From sequence record SRR31156797_3512: a stretch of 33,904 nucleotides of DNA. The stretch is one strand, 5' to 3'. This document shows positions 23,319 to 33,109 of the stretch, one piece after another. A program made the translations under genes and the position numbers. How positions within the stretch are numbered: the stretch's first letter is position 1; every line of letters begins with the position of its first letter. The notes below the pieces were generated by a model. That model saw nothing but the letters and a program-made list of their open reading frames with translations, ran no database searches and was not told where the DNA came from.

Positions 23319-23544
23319 AGTTTTTTCTACTTTTAAGACTCAATCGTTTGTGAAATTTCACACAACATAAACGAGTGAAGCTTTCATAAAATTGTAAAAA
23401 TTCACAAAGTTAATTTTACACTTTTCATTCAGTCATCAGTTTAACTGGGTTGGCTCATTTAGCGTTAAACCCACACTTCCCCAATGATTTTCATTTCTCT
23501 CCTTCTGATCGTTTGTGTTTCATGTACTTTTTCATGACCAAATT

Positions 23545-23577
23545 AAATGTAATTTTATTACGTAATAAATTACATTT
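23545..23577. promoter_or_regulatory. Palindromic operator, HexR-like, upstream of aceB
   Basis: AAATGTAATTTTATTACGTAATAAATTACATTT contains TGTAAT-TTT-ATTAC, matching the HexR consensus TGTAAT-N3-ATTACA, plus an abutting near-copy. Confidence 0.55.
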
Positions 23578-23839
23578 TTAGCCCAATTTTAAGTCATTGA
23601 ACCCCAACCGAACAAAACTTTGAATTTCACTTTTAGGTGGTTTTGACTCTTTCGTTAAACACCTTTGTGAGATAGTGTTTATTTAGGTTTTATAGACTTA
23701 TGTCTAGGTTGGAAAGTGTTGAAATTGAGTGTGCTTTGAGTGATTGTATAGACACAGGAAGCATGGAAGATTTAAAAAATGAAAATGTAATTTGTAGTTC
23801 TAAAGTTACAAATGATTTTCTAACAGAAAGGAAGAAGAT

Positions 23840-25477
23840 ATGTTTGCTCAAACGTCAGATTCAAAACCTACGCAATTGAAGGAAGCCGCATTTGGCAGCC
23901 GTTTGGAAATTGCCGGGGAGCTTGAACCTCAACATCAAGCCATTTTTCCAGTAGAAGCTCAGAAGTTCTTATCAGAACTGTGTGCAAGATACGCTGGTCG
24001 TGTGGATGAGTTGTTAGCGCTGAGAGAACAAAAACAGCAAGCGATCGATAACGGGCAGCTACCAGACTTTCTCACTGAGACACAAGACATTCGTGAGGGA
24101 AGCTGGAAAATTCTAGGTATACCGGATGATCTACAAGATCGCCGTGTAGAAATTACCGGTCCGACAGACCGAAAAATGGTGATTAACGCTTTAAACGCGA
24201 ACGTGAAAGTGTTTATGGCTGACTTTGAAGATTCCATGGCGCCTGCGTGGGACAAGGTGCTTGATGGCCAAGTGAATCTTCGTGATGCTGTTAACGAAAC
24301 CATTAGCTATACCAATCCTGACAATGGCAAAAAATACCAGTTAAAAGAAGACCCTGCGGTATTGATCTGTCGTGTACGTGGACTTCACTTACGTGAAAAG
24401 CACGTAACTTTTGAAGGCAAGATCATTCCTGGCTCGCTGTTTGATTTCGCTCTGTACTTCTTCAACAACTATAAAGCTCTGCTTAAAAAGGGCAGCGGAC
24501 CGTATTTTTATCTGCCGAAGTTGCAGGCCTATCAAGAAGCAAAATGGTGGAGTGATGTATTCCACTTCACTGAAGAATATTTCGGTTTAGAAACCGGAAC
24601 CATTAAAGCCACAGTACTTATTGAAACACTGCCTGCTGTGTTCCAGATGGATGAAATCCTATTTGCACTTAAGGAGCACATTGTTGGTTTGAACTGTGGA
24701 CGCTGGGATTACATCTTTAGCTACATCAAAACATTGAAAAAACACTCTGATCGTGTGCTGCCAGATCGTCAGGTTGTGACAATGGATAAACCATTTCTAA
24801 ATGCGTATTCACGGCTGTTGATTTACACCTGCCATAAACGAGGTGCCTTTGCGATGGGAGGTATGGCCGCCTTCATCCCAGCAAAAGATCCGCAAGTCAA
24901 TGCGCAAGTTCAGGATAAGATCCGCAATGACAAGATGCTAGAAGCAACCAATGGTCATGATGGAACATGGGTTGCCCACCCAGGGCTGGCTGATACTGCC
25001 ATGGGGGTATTTAACCAAGTACTCGGTGATCGCAGCAATCAATTGGATGTAAGCCGAATGTCTGACGCGCCGATTACCGCGGAAGAACTGCTTGCGCCTT
25101 GTGATGGTGTGCGCAGTGAAGAAGGGATGCGACACAACATCCGAGTTGCGTTGCAATACATCGAAGCGTGGATCTCTGGAAATGGATGTGTGCCAATTTA
25201 CGGCCTGATGGAAGATGCAGCAACGGCAGAAATTTCTCGCGCTTCTATCTGGCAATGGATCCAACATGGAAAATCATTAGATAACGGTCAGCAAGTGACT
25301 AAAGACCTTTTCCGTCAATATCTTGCTGAAGAAATCGAGGTTGTGAAATCAGAGCTGGGTGATGAACGTTTTAACTCAGGGCGTTTCGACGAAGCGGCTG
25401 AGTTGATGGAAAGACTCACGACCAGTGATGAACTGACCAATTTCTTAACGGTACCGGGTTACGACTATCTGGCGTAA
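23840..25477 (+). CDS. aceB: Malate synthase A
   Basis: DRRVEITGP, MADFEDS, LNCGRWDYIFS, LMEDAATAEISR; AAGGAAG RBS. Confidence 0.97.
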   Translation: MFAQTSDSKPTQLKEAAFGSRLEIAGELEPQHQAIFPVEAQKFLSELCARYAGRVDELLALREQKQQAIDNGQLPDFLTETQDIREGSWKILGIPDDLQDRRVEITGPTDRKMVINALNANVKVFMADFEDSMAPAWDKVLDGQVNLRDAVNETISYTNPDNGKKYQLKEDPAVLICRVRGLHLREKHVTFEGKIIPGSLFDFALYFFNNYKALLKKGSGPYFYLPKLQAYQEAKWWSDVFHFTEEYFGLETGTIKATVLIETLPAVFQMDEILFALKEHIVGLNCGRWDYIFSYIKTLKKHSDRVLPDRQVVTMDKPFLNAYSRLLIYTCHKRGAFAMGGMAAFIPAKDPQVNAQVQDKIRNDKMLEATNGHDGTWVAHPGLADTAMGVFNQVLGDRSNQLDVSRMSDAPITAEELLAPCDGVRSEEGMRHNIRVALQYIEAWISGNGCVPIYGLMEDAATAEISRASIWQWIQHGKSLDNGQQVTKDLFRQYLAEEIEVVKSELGDERFNSGRFDEAAELMERLTTSDELTNFLTVPGYDYLA

Positions 25478-25626
25478 CTAGAACAGATTCAAACATAACA
25501 AAAACATACCCAAACAACATTTTGTCGGAAGGGTAAAAAACTTAACGTGAAACAAAAATAGTCAGCTCAATATCAGAGTTTGTAGTACTGATTGCGAAAG
25601 GACGCTCATACTAAGAGGGATAGATT

Positions 25627-26931
25627 ATGACACTGACTCGCCGCCAACAAATCGAAGCGCTAGAAAAAGATTGGGCAACGAATCCTCGTTGGAACAACGT
25701 AAAACGTACTTACACAGCTGAAGAAGTGGTAAACCTGCGTGGTTCTATTACTCCAGCAAATACCATTGCTCAACGTGGTGCTGATAAGCTTTGGTCACTA
25801 GTTAACGGTAGCGCTAAGAAAGGCTACGTGAACTGTTTAGGTGCACTGACCGGTGGTCAGGCGGTACAACAAGCAAAAGCGGGCATCGAGGCGATTTACC
25901 TTTCAGGCTGGCAAGTTGCTGCAGATAACAATACAGCATCGACCATGTACCCTGACCAATCACTGTACCCAGTAGATTCTGTTCCAAGTGTGGTTAAGCG
26001 CATTAACAACTCTTTCCGTCGTGCTGACCAAATTCAATGGGCGAATGGCGCGACTCCTGAAGAAGGCACAGATTACTTCTTGCCGATTGTTGCTGATGCT
26101 GAAGCGGGTTTTGGTGGCGTACTGAATGCTTATGAGTTGATGAAGTCGATGATTGAAGCAGGTGCGGCTGGTGTTCACTTTGAGGACCAATTAGCGTCAG
26201 TGAAGAAGTGTGGTCACATGGGCGGTAAAGTACTGGTTCCTACTCAGGAAGCGGTTCAGAAACTGGTTGCAGCCCGTTTAGCCGCTGACGTTGCTGGCAC
26301 AACGACATTGGTTATTGCTCGTACAGATGCAAACGCGGCGGATCTACTGACATCGGATTGCGATCCTTATGATGCTGACTTTATTGTTGGCGAGAGAACC
26401 AGCGAAGGTTTCTACCGCGTTCGTGCGGGTATCGATCAAGCTATCGCACGTGGCTTAGCTTATGCGCCATATGCCGACCTTGTATGGTGTGAGACAGCGA
26501 AACCAGATTTGGATGAAGCTCGTAAGTTTGCTGAAGCAATTCTGGCTGAGTACCCGGATCAGCTACTTGCATACAACTGTTCGCCTTCATTTAACTGGGA
26601 GAAAAATCTGGATCAAGAAACCATTGCTAAGTTCCAGCAAGAGCTTTCGGATATGGGCTACAAGTACCAGTTTATTACACTAGCCGGTATCCATAACATG
26701 TGGTTCAACATGTTTGAACTGTCACATGCTTATGCACAAGGTGAAGGTATGCGTCACTATGTTGAGATGGTACAACGTCCAGAGTTTGCTGCAGCAGAGA
26801 AAGGTTATACCTTCGTTGCTCACCAACAAGAAGTGGGTACTGGATATTTCGATAAGATGACGAATACCATCCAAGGTGGTAATTCATCAGTCACTGCCCT
26901 GACTGGCTCTACAGAAGAAGACCAGTTTTAA
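25627..26931 (+). CDS. aceA: Isocitrate lyase
   Basis: Catalytic [41 protein letters not shown]-terminus. Confidence 0.98.
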   Translation: MTLTRRQQIEALEKDWATNPRWNNVKRTYTAEEVVNLRGSITPANTIAQRGADKLWSLVNGSAKKGYVNCLGALTGGQAVQQAKAGIEAIYLSGWQVAADNNTASTMYPDQSLYPVDSVPSVVKRINNSFRRADQIQWANGATPEEGTDYFLPIVADAEAGFGGVLNAYELMKSMIEAGAAGVHFEDQLASVKKCGHMGGKVLVPTQEAVQKLVAARLAADVAGTTTLVIARTDANAADLLTSDCDPYDADFIVGERTSEGFYRVRAGIDQAIARGLAYAPYADLVWCETAKPDLDEARKFAEAILAEYPDQLLAYNCSPSFNWEKNLDQETIAKFQQELSDMGYKYQFITLAGIHNMWFNMFELSHAYAQGEGMRHYVEMVQRPEFAAAEKGYTFVAHQQEVGTGYFDKMTNTIQGGNSSVTALTGSTEEDQF

Positions 26932-27004
26932 TCCCTCTCATAGAGGACATTAGGGCGAGGCAACATTCCTCGCTCATATAAAAATTTGTTTGTGCAAGAA
27001 CTTT

Positions 27005-27029
27005 GAGCGGCTTAGGTCGCTCTTTTTTT
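27005..27029 (+). terminator. Intrinsic terminator of aceBA
   Basis: GAGCGGC-TTAG-GTCGCTC-TTTTTTT. Confidence 0.8.
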
Positions 27030-27330
27030 GTTTGATGCTGTGGTGAAAATGCAAGTGAACCTACTTAAAGGCAATACCAAAAAAGTAATACAAGCAATCA
27101 ATGAGTGTAATCACTAATACTGTTGGCTTGTAGGAAAATTCTTTTATTCACCTGTCTTAATTGTAATAAAGATAATTTATTAATTATTTCATAAACTTAA
27201 GTTGAATAGAGCTTTTGCTCTATGTTTGACTTTGTACAAAAGAACAACAACAATCAGCAATGATTTAATCCGTGTTTTATAAGTCTAATGTATTAATTGC
27301 TTGTAATAACACTCTCCTATTAATGAGCTG

Positions 27331-28509
27331 TTGAAATTAAAATTTATGAAAGAATTAGTTGCCTTAGTTGTTGATGATAACCCAATACAATTAAGTGCTA
27401 TTGGGCGTCAATTAAACAAGTTTGGTGTGAACAACCTCTTTGCCTGTAGAAGCGGGAAAGAGGCGCTGCAAGCTGTTTCTGAACGTAAGTTTGATATTAT
27501 TTTCAGCGACATTTTGATGCCGGAAATGGATGGTATTACCTTCATTCGAAACCTTGATCATATTGGTTACGACGGGGCACTTGCTATCACCAGTGGAGTG
27601 GGGAACAGTATTGTTTCTTCTCTCGTGTATATGAGTAAAAAACTCGGTTTTTCAAATGTCTATGAGTTGAATAAGCCAGTGTCAGAGCACCTTTTGGAAG
27701 AGATGTTTCAAAAGGAGGCGATCATCAAGAAATGTGCAATTCGCCATAAAATGAAATCGGTGGATATGGACGAGTTAGTGGTCGCGCTCAATGAAGGCCA
27801 GTTTAAAAACTACTATCAGCCTCAGTTGGATTATATCAACAACAAGGTGGTGGGCGTTGAAGCCCTCGCGCGTTGGGTTCACCCGACTAAAGGCATGATC
27901 TTTCCTGATATATTTATTCCAATGCTGAATGAAGGTGCTTTGGAATATCATTTGTTTAAAGTAGTACTCAACAACGTTCTTGAGGATGTTTCTCAAGGTC
28001 GTATTAAGTGCTCGGTGTCCATCAATGTGACACAGCATGATCTAGAGATCCCGAGTTTTGCCAATTACGTACTCGGTGAATGTAAAAAGTATGATGTTGA
28101 TCCGGCGATGATTACGTTGGAGCTTACCGAGCAAGACATTTATAAAGAATCGATAGAAATGATCACCAATGTGACCCGCATGCGTATTCACGGGGTAGGC
28201 TTCTCGATCGATGATTTTGGTACAGGGAGCTCTTCTTATCTTAAGCTTTCACACCTTCCATTTACTGAAATCAAAATCGACAAGAACTTTGTGTTTAATT
28301 GCATTGGTGACGAAACCAAACAGTCAATCATTCGTAGCATGTGTACTTTGTCTAAAAGTATGCACATCAATCTTGTATCAGAAGGTGTTGAAGATGACGA
28401 GACATGGAAATTGATGCAAGGGTTAGGGGTTGACGTTTGTCAGGGATATTACACGGGTAAGCCCATGCCAATTGAGGCTTTAACCATAATTGACCTGCCC
28501 AATTTCTAA
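27331..28509 (+). CDS. Response regulator with REC and EAL domains (c-di-GMP phosphodiesterase)
   Basis: REC: VVDDN, SDILMPEMDG, KP. EAL: YYQPQ, EALARW, SINV, ELTE, IDDFGTG, EIKIDK, EGVE, QGY. The start could be TTG 27331 or ATG 27346. Confidence 0.9.
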   Translation: MKLKFMKELVALVVDDNPIQLSAIGRQLNKFGVNNLFACRSGKEALQAVSERKFDIIFSDILMPEMDGITFIRNLDHIGYDGALAITSGVGNSIVSSLVYMSKKLGFSNVYELNKPVSEHLLEEMFQKEAIIKKCAIRHKMKSVDMDELVVALNEGQFKNYYQPQLDYINNKVVGVEALARWVHPTKGMIFPDIFIPMLNEGALEYHLFKVVLNNVLEDVSQGRIKCSVSINVTQHDLEIPSFANYVLGECKKYDVDPAMITLELTEQDIYKESIEMITNVTRMRIHGVGFSIDDFGTGSSSYLKLSHLPFTEIKIDKNFVFNCIGDETKQSIIRSMCTLSKSMHINLVSEGVEDDETWKLMQGLGVDVCQGYYTGKPMPIEALTIIDLPNF

Positions 28510-28521
28510 GGCCGTTAGCTT

Positions 28522-29907
28522 ATGAAGCGTTATTTTAATATCGTCTTGTTAGCGGTGCTTTCTGCTACGCTGTTGTTTTACATCTTCTTGACCATGAACA
28601 TTTCGTCTTTGGTTGAAAGCCGCTTTAGTCGCTTTGACTCAGTGGTTAAGTCGTTGGAGATTCGTAAGCAGCAAGTCATTATGCTGAGCCTATTTGCTGA
28701 GTCTGAGCGGCAGTTACCGGTCCTGGTTACTGATGAATCGTTAAATGACTATGATGTTTTCGTTTACGCTTCAGAAGGGAATGAAGCATTAACCGATAAT
28801 GAGAAAGTGATTTATCGGGTTTTACAATTATCACAGAAATTCCTGCCTGCACTATTTAGTGATAACAATGTGTTTATGTATTACCGCTCTTATGAGGGGA
28901 AAAAACACTTTACCTCAGATTCCGTTGATGACTTTCCAGTTGCGGATGAGCTGTTTAGTTTAGAACGCTGCAGTGTTCATGAATCTTGCTCAATATTTGC
29001 AAAGAGTTTTCAGTTGAAAGATAGGGTGATTATTTCACCGGTCTACCGTGATTTACTCACGGATAACTATATTGTGTCGCTCTCTTCTCCAGTGCGAGAT
29101 TATATGACGAAAGAGATTATCGGCGACTTTGTGGTTGATTTTCACGTCCCTGAAAGTGAGTTGTTCGGCAGTGAATTCCGAACGGAAAAGAGCAAATCTT
29201 ATAAAACGACCTTGTTTGAGTTTACGAACCTGCCTTTCAGCAACATTAAGTATGAACGTGAATTTATTGCCGATAACAGAACCAAGTTTAAATATGTTAT
29301 CCCTGCGTCACTGTTTGTTATTGAGCTTTCAGGGTTATGGGTGGTGTTTGTTGTTGTGTTTATTTTGGTTTATTGGAAGTGGGCCGATTCACGCTCAAGC
29401 CGTTATCAACTCAAAGAAGTCATGCTATCGGCCAATGAAGACGAGTTAACGGGCTTATTGAACCGAAAAGTGTTTAAAGATGAGGGGTTTTTACGCGATA
29501 TTTATGAAAGCACAACCAGCGTTATCGCGTTAGACGGAAACAAGATAAAGAAAATTAATGATCTTCATGGTCATGCGGTGGGCGACTTAGCGATTCAACA
29601 TATCGCTGAATCGATGCGAGCGGTCTTTCGTGAAACGGATTATCTGATTCGTAATGGCGGCGATGAGTTTATTGCCGTGCTGCCCAACTGTGACAGAGAA
29701 GTCGCAGAGTTATTGGCTCACCAGTTGAAAGAGAAAGTCGTTTCTAACGCGGTAGAGCCGTTTAACACTCACGTTTCTGTCTCTACCGGTGTCTGTGTTA
29801 AACATGAATTTGAAGACATTAAGTCGGTGATATCTCGAGCTGATCAAAAGTTGTATCAAGAGAAGCGATTGATAAAGGAAGTCAAACCACAGGCCCGAAT
29901 AGCATAG
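28522..29907 (+). CDS. Membrane-bound diguanylate cyclase (periplasmic Cache-like sensor plus GGDEF)
   Basis: Two hydrophobic segments flank a periplasmic region containing SPVYRDLLT (Cache-like). DELTGLLNR, KKINDLHGHAVGD, intact GGDEF, and an RxxD I-site (RETD) five residues upstream. Confidence 0.9.
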   Translation: MKRYFNIVLLAVLSATLLFYIFLTMNISSLVESRFSRFDSVVKSLEIRKQQVIMLSLFAESERQLPVLVTDESLNDYDVFVYASEGNEALTDNEKVIYRVLQLSQKFLPALFSDNNVFMYYRSYEGKKHFTSDSVDDFPVADELFSLERCSVHESCSIFAKSFQLKDRVIISPVYRDLLTDNYIVSLSSPVRDYMTKEIIGDFVVDFHVPESELFGSEFRTEKSKSYKTTLFEFTNLPFSNIKYEREFIADNRTKFKYVIPASLFVIELSGLWVVFVVVFILVYWKWADSRSSRYQLKEVMLSANEDELTGLLNRKVFKDEGFLRDIYESTTSVIALDGNKIKKINDLHGHAVGDLAIQHIAESMRAVFRETDYLIRNGGDEFIAVLPNCDREVAELLAHQLKEKVVSNAVEPFNTHVSVSTGVCVKHEFEDIKSVISRADQKLYQEKRLIKEVKPQARIA

Positions 29908-29928
29908 GGCTAATGGTGACGATAGTTT

Positions 29929-29957
29929 AAAGCGAGTACGTATGTGCTCGCTTTTTT
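29929..29957 (+). terminator. Intrinsic terminator after the GGDEF gene
   Basis: AAAGCGAGTAC-GTAT-GTGCTCGCTTTTTT. Confidence 0.75.
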
Positions 29958-30063
29958 AATGTCTGTGGGTGTTTGAGATGCCGCCATTGAGGGATGGAGA
30001 TAAAGTACCTCGCAGATCGGAGGTACTTATTACCACAACAAAGTGTATTAAAGATGATGCGCG

Positions 30064-31107
30064 TTAACGGTTATCTGAAAGATGAATATACTTCGCTAAC
30101 AGAGGGGCAGCTTTTTCCATCATTGTCGAGCCAGATTCACCTTGGTAGCTAAGCTTACCAACCTGGGTTTGAATAAATGTGAGTGGAATGGACTGAGTCG
30201 TCATTGCTTTAAACTCCCCAGCCTCTATCACTTCATTGCTCCATTCTAACCTAATGGCACAAACCGATTCGGCCTGGCAGAGTAATCGAATCACTTTTTG
30301 CAAACTCTCTTTCTTAAGGTCGAACTCAAGCAAAATGGAACAGGACTTAGCGAGTAAATTTAACTCTTGCTGTGTGGTTCTTAACTGCAAGCTTTGTTCG
30401 CTGATCGACTTTTCTAACCCCTGATAAACATTACGAATCTTATCCGCCATGCGATAAAAAGTGGTGGAAAGAGTACCTATTTCATTGTTAGTGATATTGC
30501 TGATATCAATATCAAAGTTGCCTTGGCGGATACTTTGACTAGCTTCTGACAGGTGAATGATTGGCGTGACGACTTTACGGTTAATGTAGTAGATAAAGTA
30601 GGCAACCACTAAGCCGATAAAGGTGGCGCTGATGACACTTACGCTGATTAGGTAACTCAGTTTATTTTCCGAATGAAGCTGAATTTCTTTGACGAAGTTA
30701 TCTATCAAATCGACAAAAACAGGAATGATGACTAATACCTGTTCATCGCTGTTGGAAACCAGCTTCTCTTTAATGCTTTCCCACTGTCGAACGATTTGAA
30801 AGTAATCGTTTTTTATCTCGCTGGTGGAGTGCCAGTTCGTCACCGATTTAAGAGCGGTTGAGTAGAGTACGCTGTCGTACTTGTCGATAAATCTAAATTT
30901 GTTTTCTGATTCATTTTCTGCGATTTCAAAAGCGAGTCGATAGCTTTGCATTCGTAACGAACCAGATAAGTTAATAATTTCAGCATCTTTACTTAAAGAC
31001 ATAAAGAGTAACGCTGAAAAAATACTCACCACGGAACATAGCAAAAAGATAAGTAACATCGAAAATGAGGTGATGTCCGCGATGGATTTGTATTTTTTGT
31101 GTTGCAT
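30064..31107 (-). CDS. NarQ/NarX-like nitrate/nitrite sensor module (TM, PilJ/NarX sensor, TM, HAMP, S-helix, GAF-like) lacking the kinase domain
   Basis: P-box DAEIINLSGSLRMQSYR, second TM, HAMP (PIIHLSEASQSIRQGNF...NEIGTLSTTFYRMA), S-helix YQGLEKSI. No ARELHD H-box and no ATPase domain. ATG at 31107 has a GGGA RBS. Confidence 0.8.
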   Translation of the reverse strand: MQHKKYKSIADITSFSMLLIFLLCSVVSIFSALLFMSLSKDAEIINLSGSLRMQSYRLAFEIAENESENKFRFIDKYDSVLYSTALKSVTNWHSTSEIKNDYFQIVRQWESIKEKLVSNSDEQVLVIIPVFVDLIDNFVKEIQLHSENKLSYLISVSVISATFIGLVVAYFIYYINRKVVTPIIHLSEASQSIRQGNFDIDISNITNNEIGTLSTTFYRMADKIRNVYQGLEKSISEQSLQLRTTQQELNLLAKSCSILLEFDLKKESLQKVIRLLCQAESVCAIRLEWSNEVIEAGEFKAMTTQSIPLTFIQTQVGKLSYQGESGSTMMEKAAPLLAKYIHLSDNR

Positions 31108-31122
31108 TGCTTTTCCCATAAA

Positions 31123-31160
31123 AAACAAAACGTCACAGTATCCACTGTGACGTTTTGTTT
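31123..31160 (-). terminator. Intrinsic terminator after the MCP gene
   Basis: AAACAAAACGTCACAGT-ATCC-ACTGTGACGTTTTGTTT; the minus strand ends TTTTGTTTTTT. Confidence 0.75.
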
Positions 31161-31171
31161 ATCGGTATTGG

Positions 31172-33109
31172 TTAAACTTTGAGTTTGAAGAAGCGCATCA
31201 GTTCGGCCAGTGTGACAGACATCTTCGCCAGTTCTTGGGAAGCTTGATTACTGTCCGATACCATGGTGACCGTTTGGTCTACTTTATCGCGAACAACGGT
31301 GATGCTCTCACTGATCATTTCCGCGGTGCTGCTTTGTTCTTCTGTCGCAGTTGCGATTTGAGTGTTCAACCCGTTGGTTTGCGCGACACTCTCGGTAATG
31401 GTTGAGAAAGCCACATTGGCTGATTCTGCTTGTGTGACCGTTTCTTCTAACATGGTTTGGCTGGCATTGATCGACTCAACCACTTGAGAGGTGCTGCTTT
31501 GCAGAGTGGTAATTTGGCCTTCAATTTTCTCAACTGCTTTTTGAGTTTGCTGAGCTAACTGACGAACTTCATCGGCCACTACCGCGAAGCCTCGACCTTG
31601 CTCACCAGCACGCGCTGCTTCAATCGCTGCGTTCAAAGCGAGTAAGTTGGTTTGCTCAGCGATGTTTTGAATCACATTCATCACATCTCCGACTTCTTCG
31701 GTACCTGTACGTAAAGTCGAAATTTCAGTGCTGAGATCGCCCATTTGCAGAGCAAGAGAACTTATCTGTTCCATCGAAGCAGACATGACACTCATACCTT
31801 TGGTTGCTTCATCAGTTGCTGACTCCGCCTCTTGAGATGCAGTATTTGCACCAATCGCAACTTCATTAATAGCGGCAGACATTTCGTTCATCGCTGTCGC
31901 TACCTGATCGGTTTCCTGTTGCTGCGTCATTGAGCTTTGCAGAACTTCGTTGTTGATCGCCGACAATTGTTCAGAGGCCGAAGCGAGCATTTCACAGTTT
32001 TGCGAGATTTCTTGTACTGTTCCATAGAACTTCTGTTCCATTCGGCCAAGAGAGCGACGCATTTGCGCAACTTCATCAGCGCCTTCCACCGTATGAGTGG
32101 AATGGAGCTCGCCGTCAGCCATTCGTTCAATCGTCGCTTTGGTGATACTAATTGGGCCTACAATGCTTCGGGTCACTAACTGGCAGATCACCAACACAAT
32201 TGGAGTCGACACCAGGAAGGTAATAACAACGGTCATGATCGAGTTGTCACTCAAATCGGCAACTTGCTGAGCCAAGGTGTTTTGATTGTCAAACGAGGTC
32301 TTTTTGATCGCTTCTAAGTTGTCAGTGATCTTATTACCTAAGTTAGCAAGGGTAACGTTCCAAAGCTCATTACGTTGACCAATGATGCTGAAAATTTCAT
32401 TGATGTTGTTGTCAAAGGTTGCCACTTCTTTGGTCACCCTTGCGTCACGAAAGTCTGGATAAGCTTTATCGAATTCATCCATTTTCTTTTGCAACTGAGC
32501 AAAGGAGTCTTGGTAAAGTTCAAAGTCATTTTCGTTGTTATCAACTAAAAAGTCAGTCGCGTGTTGCAGGGCAAGAGTAAATTGATATTCTGTTTCAATG
32601 ATTTGCTCAAATAAGCCTAAGTTAATGTTCATTGAAGCAGCACGTAGCTGGCCAATTCGGTCCTGTAAGCTTCGAGTGACTGATTGATTGCTGGCAACAA
32701 GTTCGTTGCGACGCATCATCAGTTTCTTAACGTCATTTAAGCCGGCCTCATATTGCATAATATGGTTTTGTACATCGTTGAGAATTTGTTTCTCTTGCTG
32801 GCTTGCAGCCGTTGCTATTTCACTGGTTAAGATGCTTTCGGTTTCTTTGACTTCTTTTATCGCAGCGGCAAAGTGTTCCTCTTGACCACTTGCTCGGTAA
32901 GTGAGCGCACGTATACGAGCTGTCAGCATATCTGCTTGGACATTACTCGCTTGAACGGCGTTTTGGTTAACCGTTCTGAAAAAGTTAAAGTCAGATTGAA
33001 TATTTTGGATGGCGAACCAAGCAACACCTGCAATAAGCAGTGTTGATAATGTCGTAAAGGTAATGATTAAGTATATTTTATACGATACTTTAGTGATTCT
33101 ATTAAGCAT
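31172..33109 (-). CDS. Methyl-accepting chemotaxis protein with a large helical periplasmic domain
   Basis: Two TM segments, HAMP, signalling hairpin [37 protein letters not shown], methylation-type ATEEQS. Confidence 0.95.
   Translation of the reverse strand: MLNRITKVSYKIYLIITFTTLSTLLIAGVAWFAIQNIQSDFNFFRTVNQNAVQASNVQADMLTARIRALTYRASGQEEHFAAAIKEVKETESILTSEIATAASQQEKQILNDVQNHIMQYEAGLNDVKKLMMRRNELVASNQSVTRSLQDRIGQLRAASMNINLGLFEQIIETEYQFTLALQHATDFLVDNNENDFELYQDSFAQLQKKMDEFDKAYPDFRDARVTKEVATFDNNINEIFSIIGQRNELWNVTLANLGNKITDNLEAIKKTSFDNQNTLAQQVADLSDNSIMTVVITFLVSTPIVLVICQLVTRSIVGPISITKATIERMADGELHSTHTVEGADEVAQMRRSLGRMEQKFYGTVQEISQNCEMLASASEQLSAINNEVLQSSMTQQQETDQVATAMNEMSAAINEVAIGANTASQEAESATDEATKGMSVMSASMEQISSLALQMGDLSTEISTLRTGTEEVGDVMNVIQNIAEQTNLLALNAAIEAARAGEQGRGFAVVADEVRQLAQQTQKAVEKIEGQITTLQSSTSQVVESINASQTMLEETVTQAESANVAFSTITESVAQTNGLNTQIATATEEQSSTAEMISESITVVRDKVDQTVTMVSDSNQASQELAKMSVTLAELMRFFKLKV

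Noticed and set aside
23349-23362. TGTGA...TCACA as a CRP site
   Set aside because: The spacer is 4 nt, whereas CRP needs 6 nt; kept only as an unassigned palindrome.
29908-30063. Frameshifted remainder of a histidine kinase after the NarQ-like stop
   Set aside because: Too short, contains two hairpins and shows no recognisable H-box or ATPase motif.
31159-31190. Sigma28-like -10 (ACCGATAA) on the minus strand ahead of the nitrate-sensor gene
   Set aside because: No TAAA -35 element at the required spacing, and a transcript from here would still meet the terminator hairpin.
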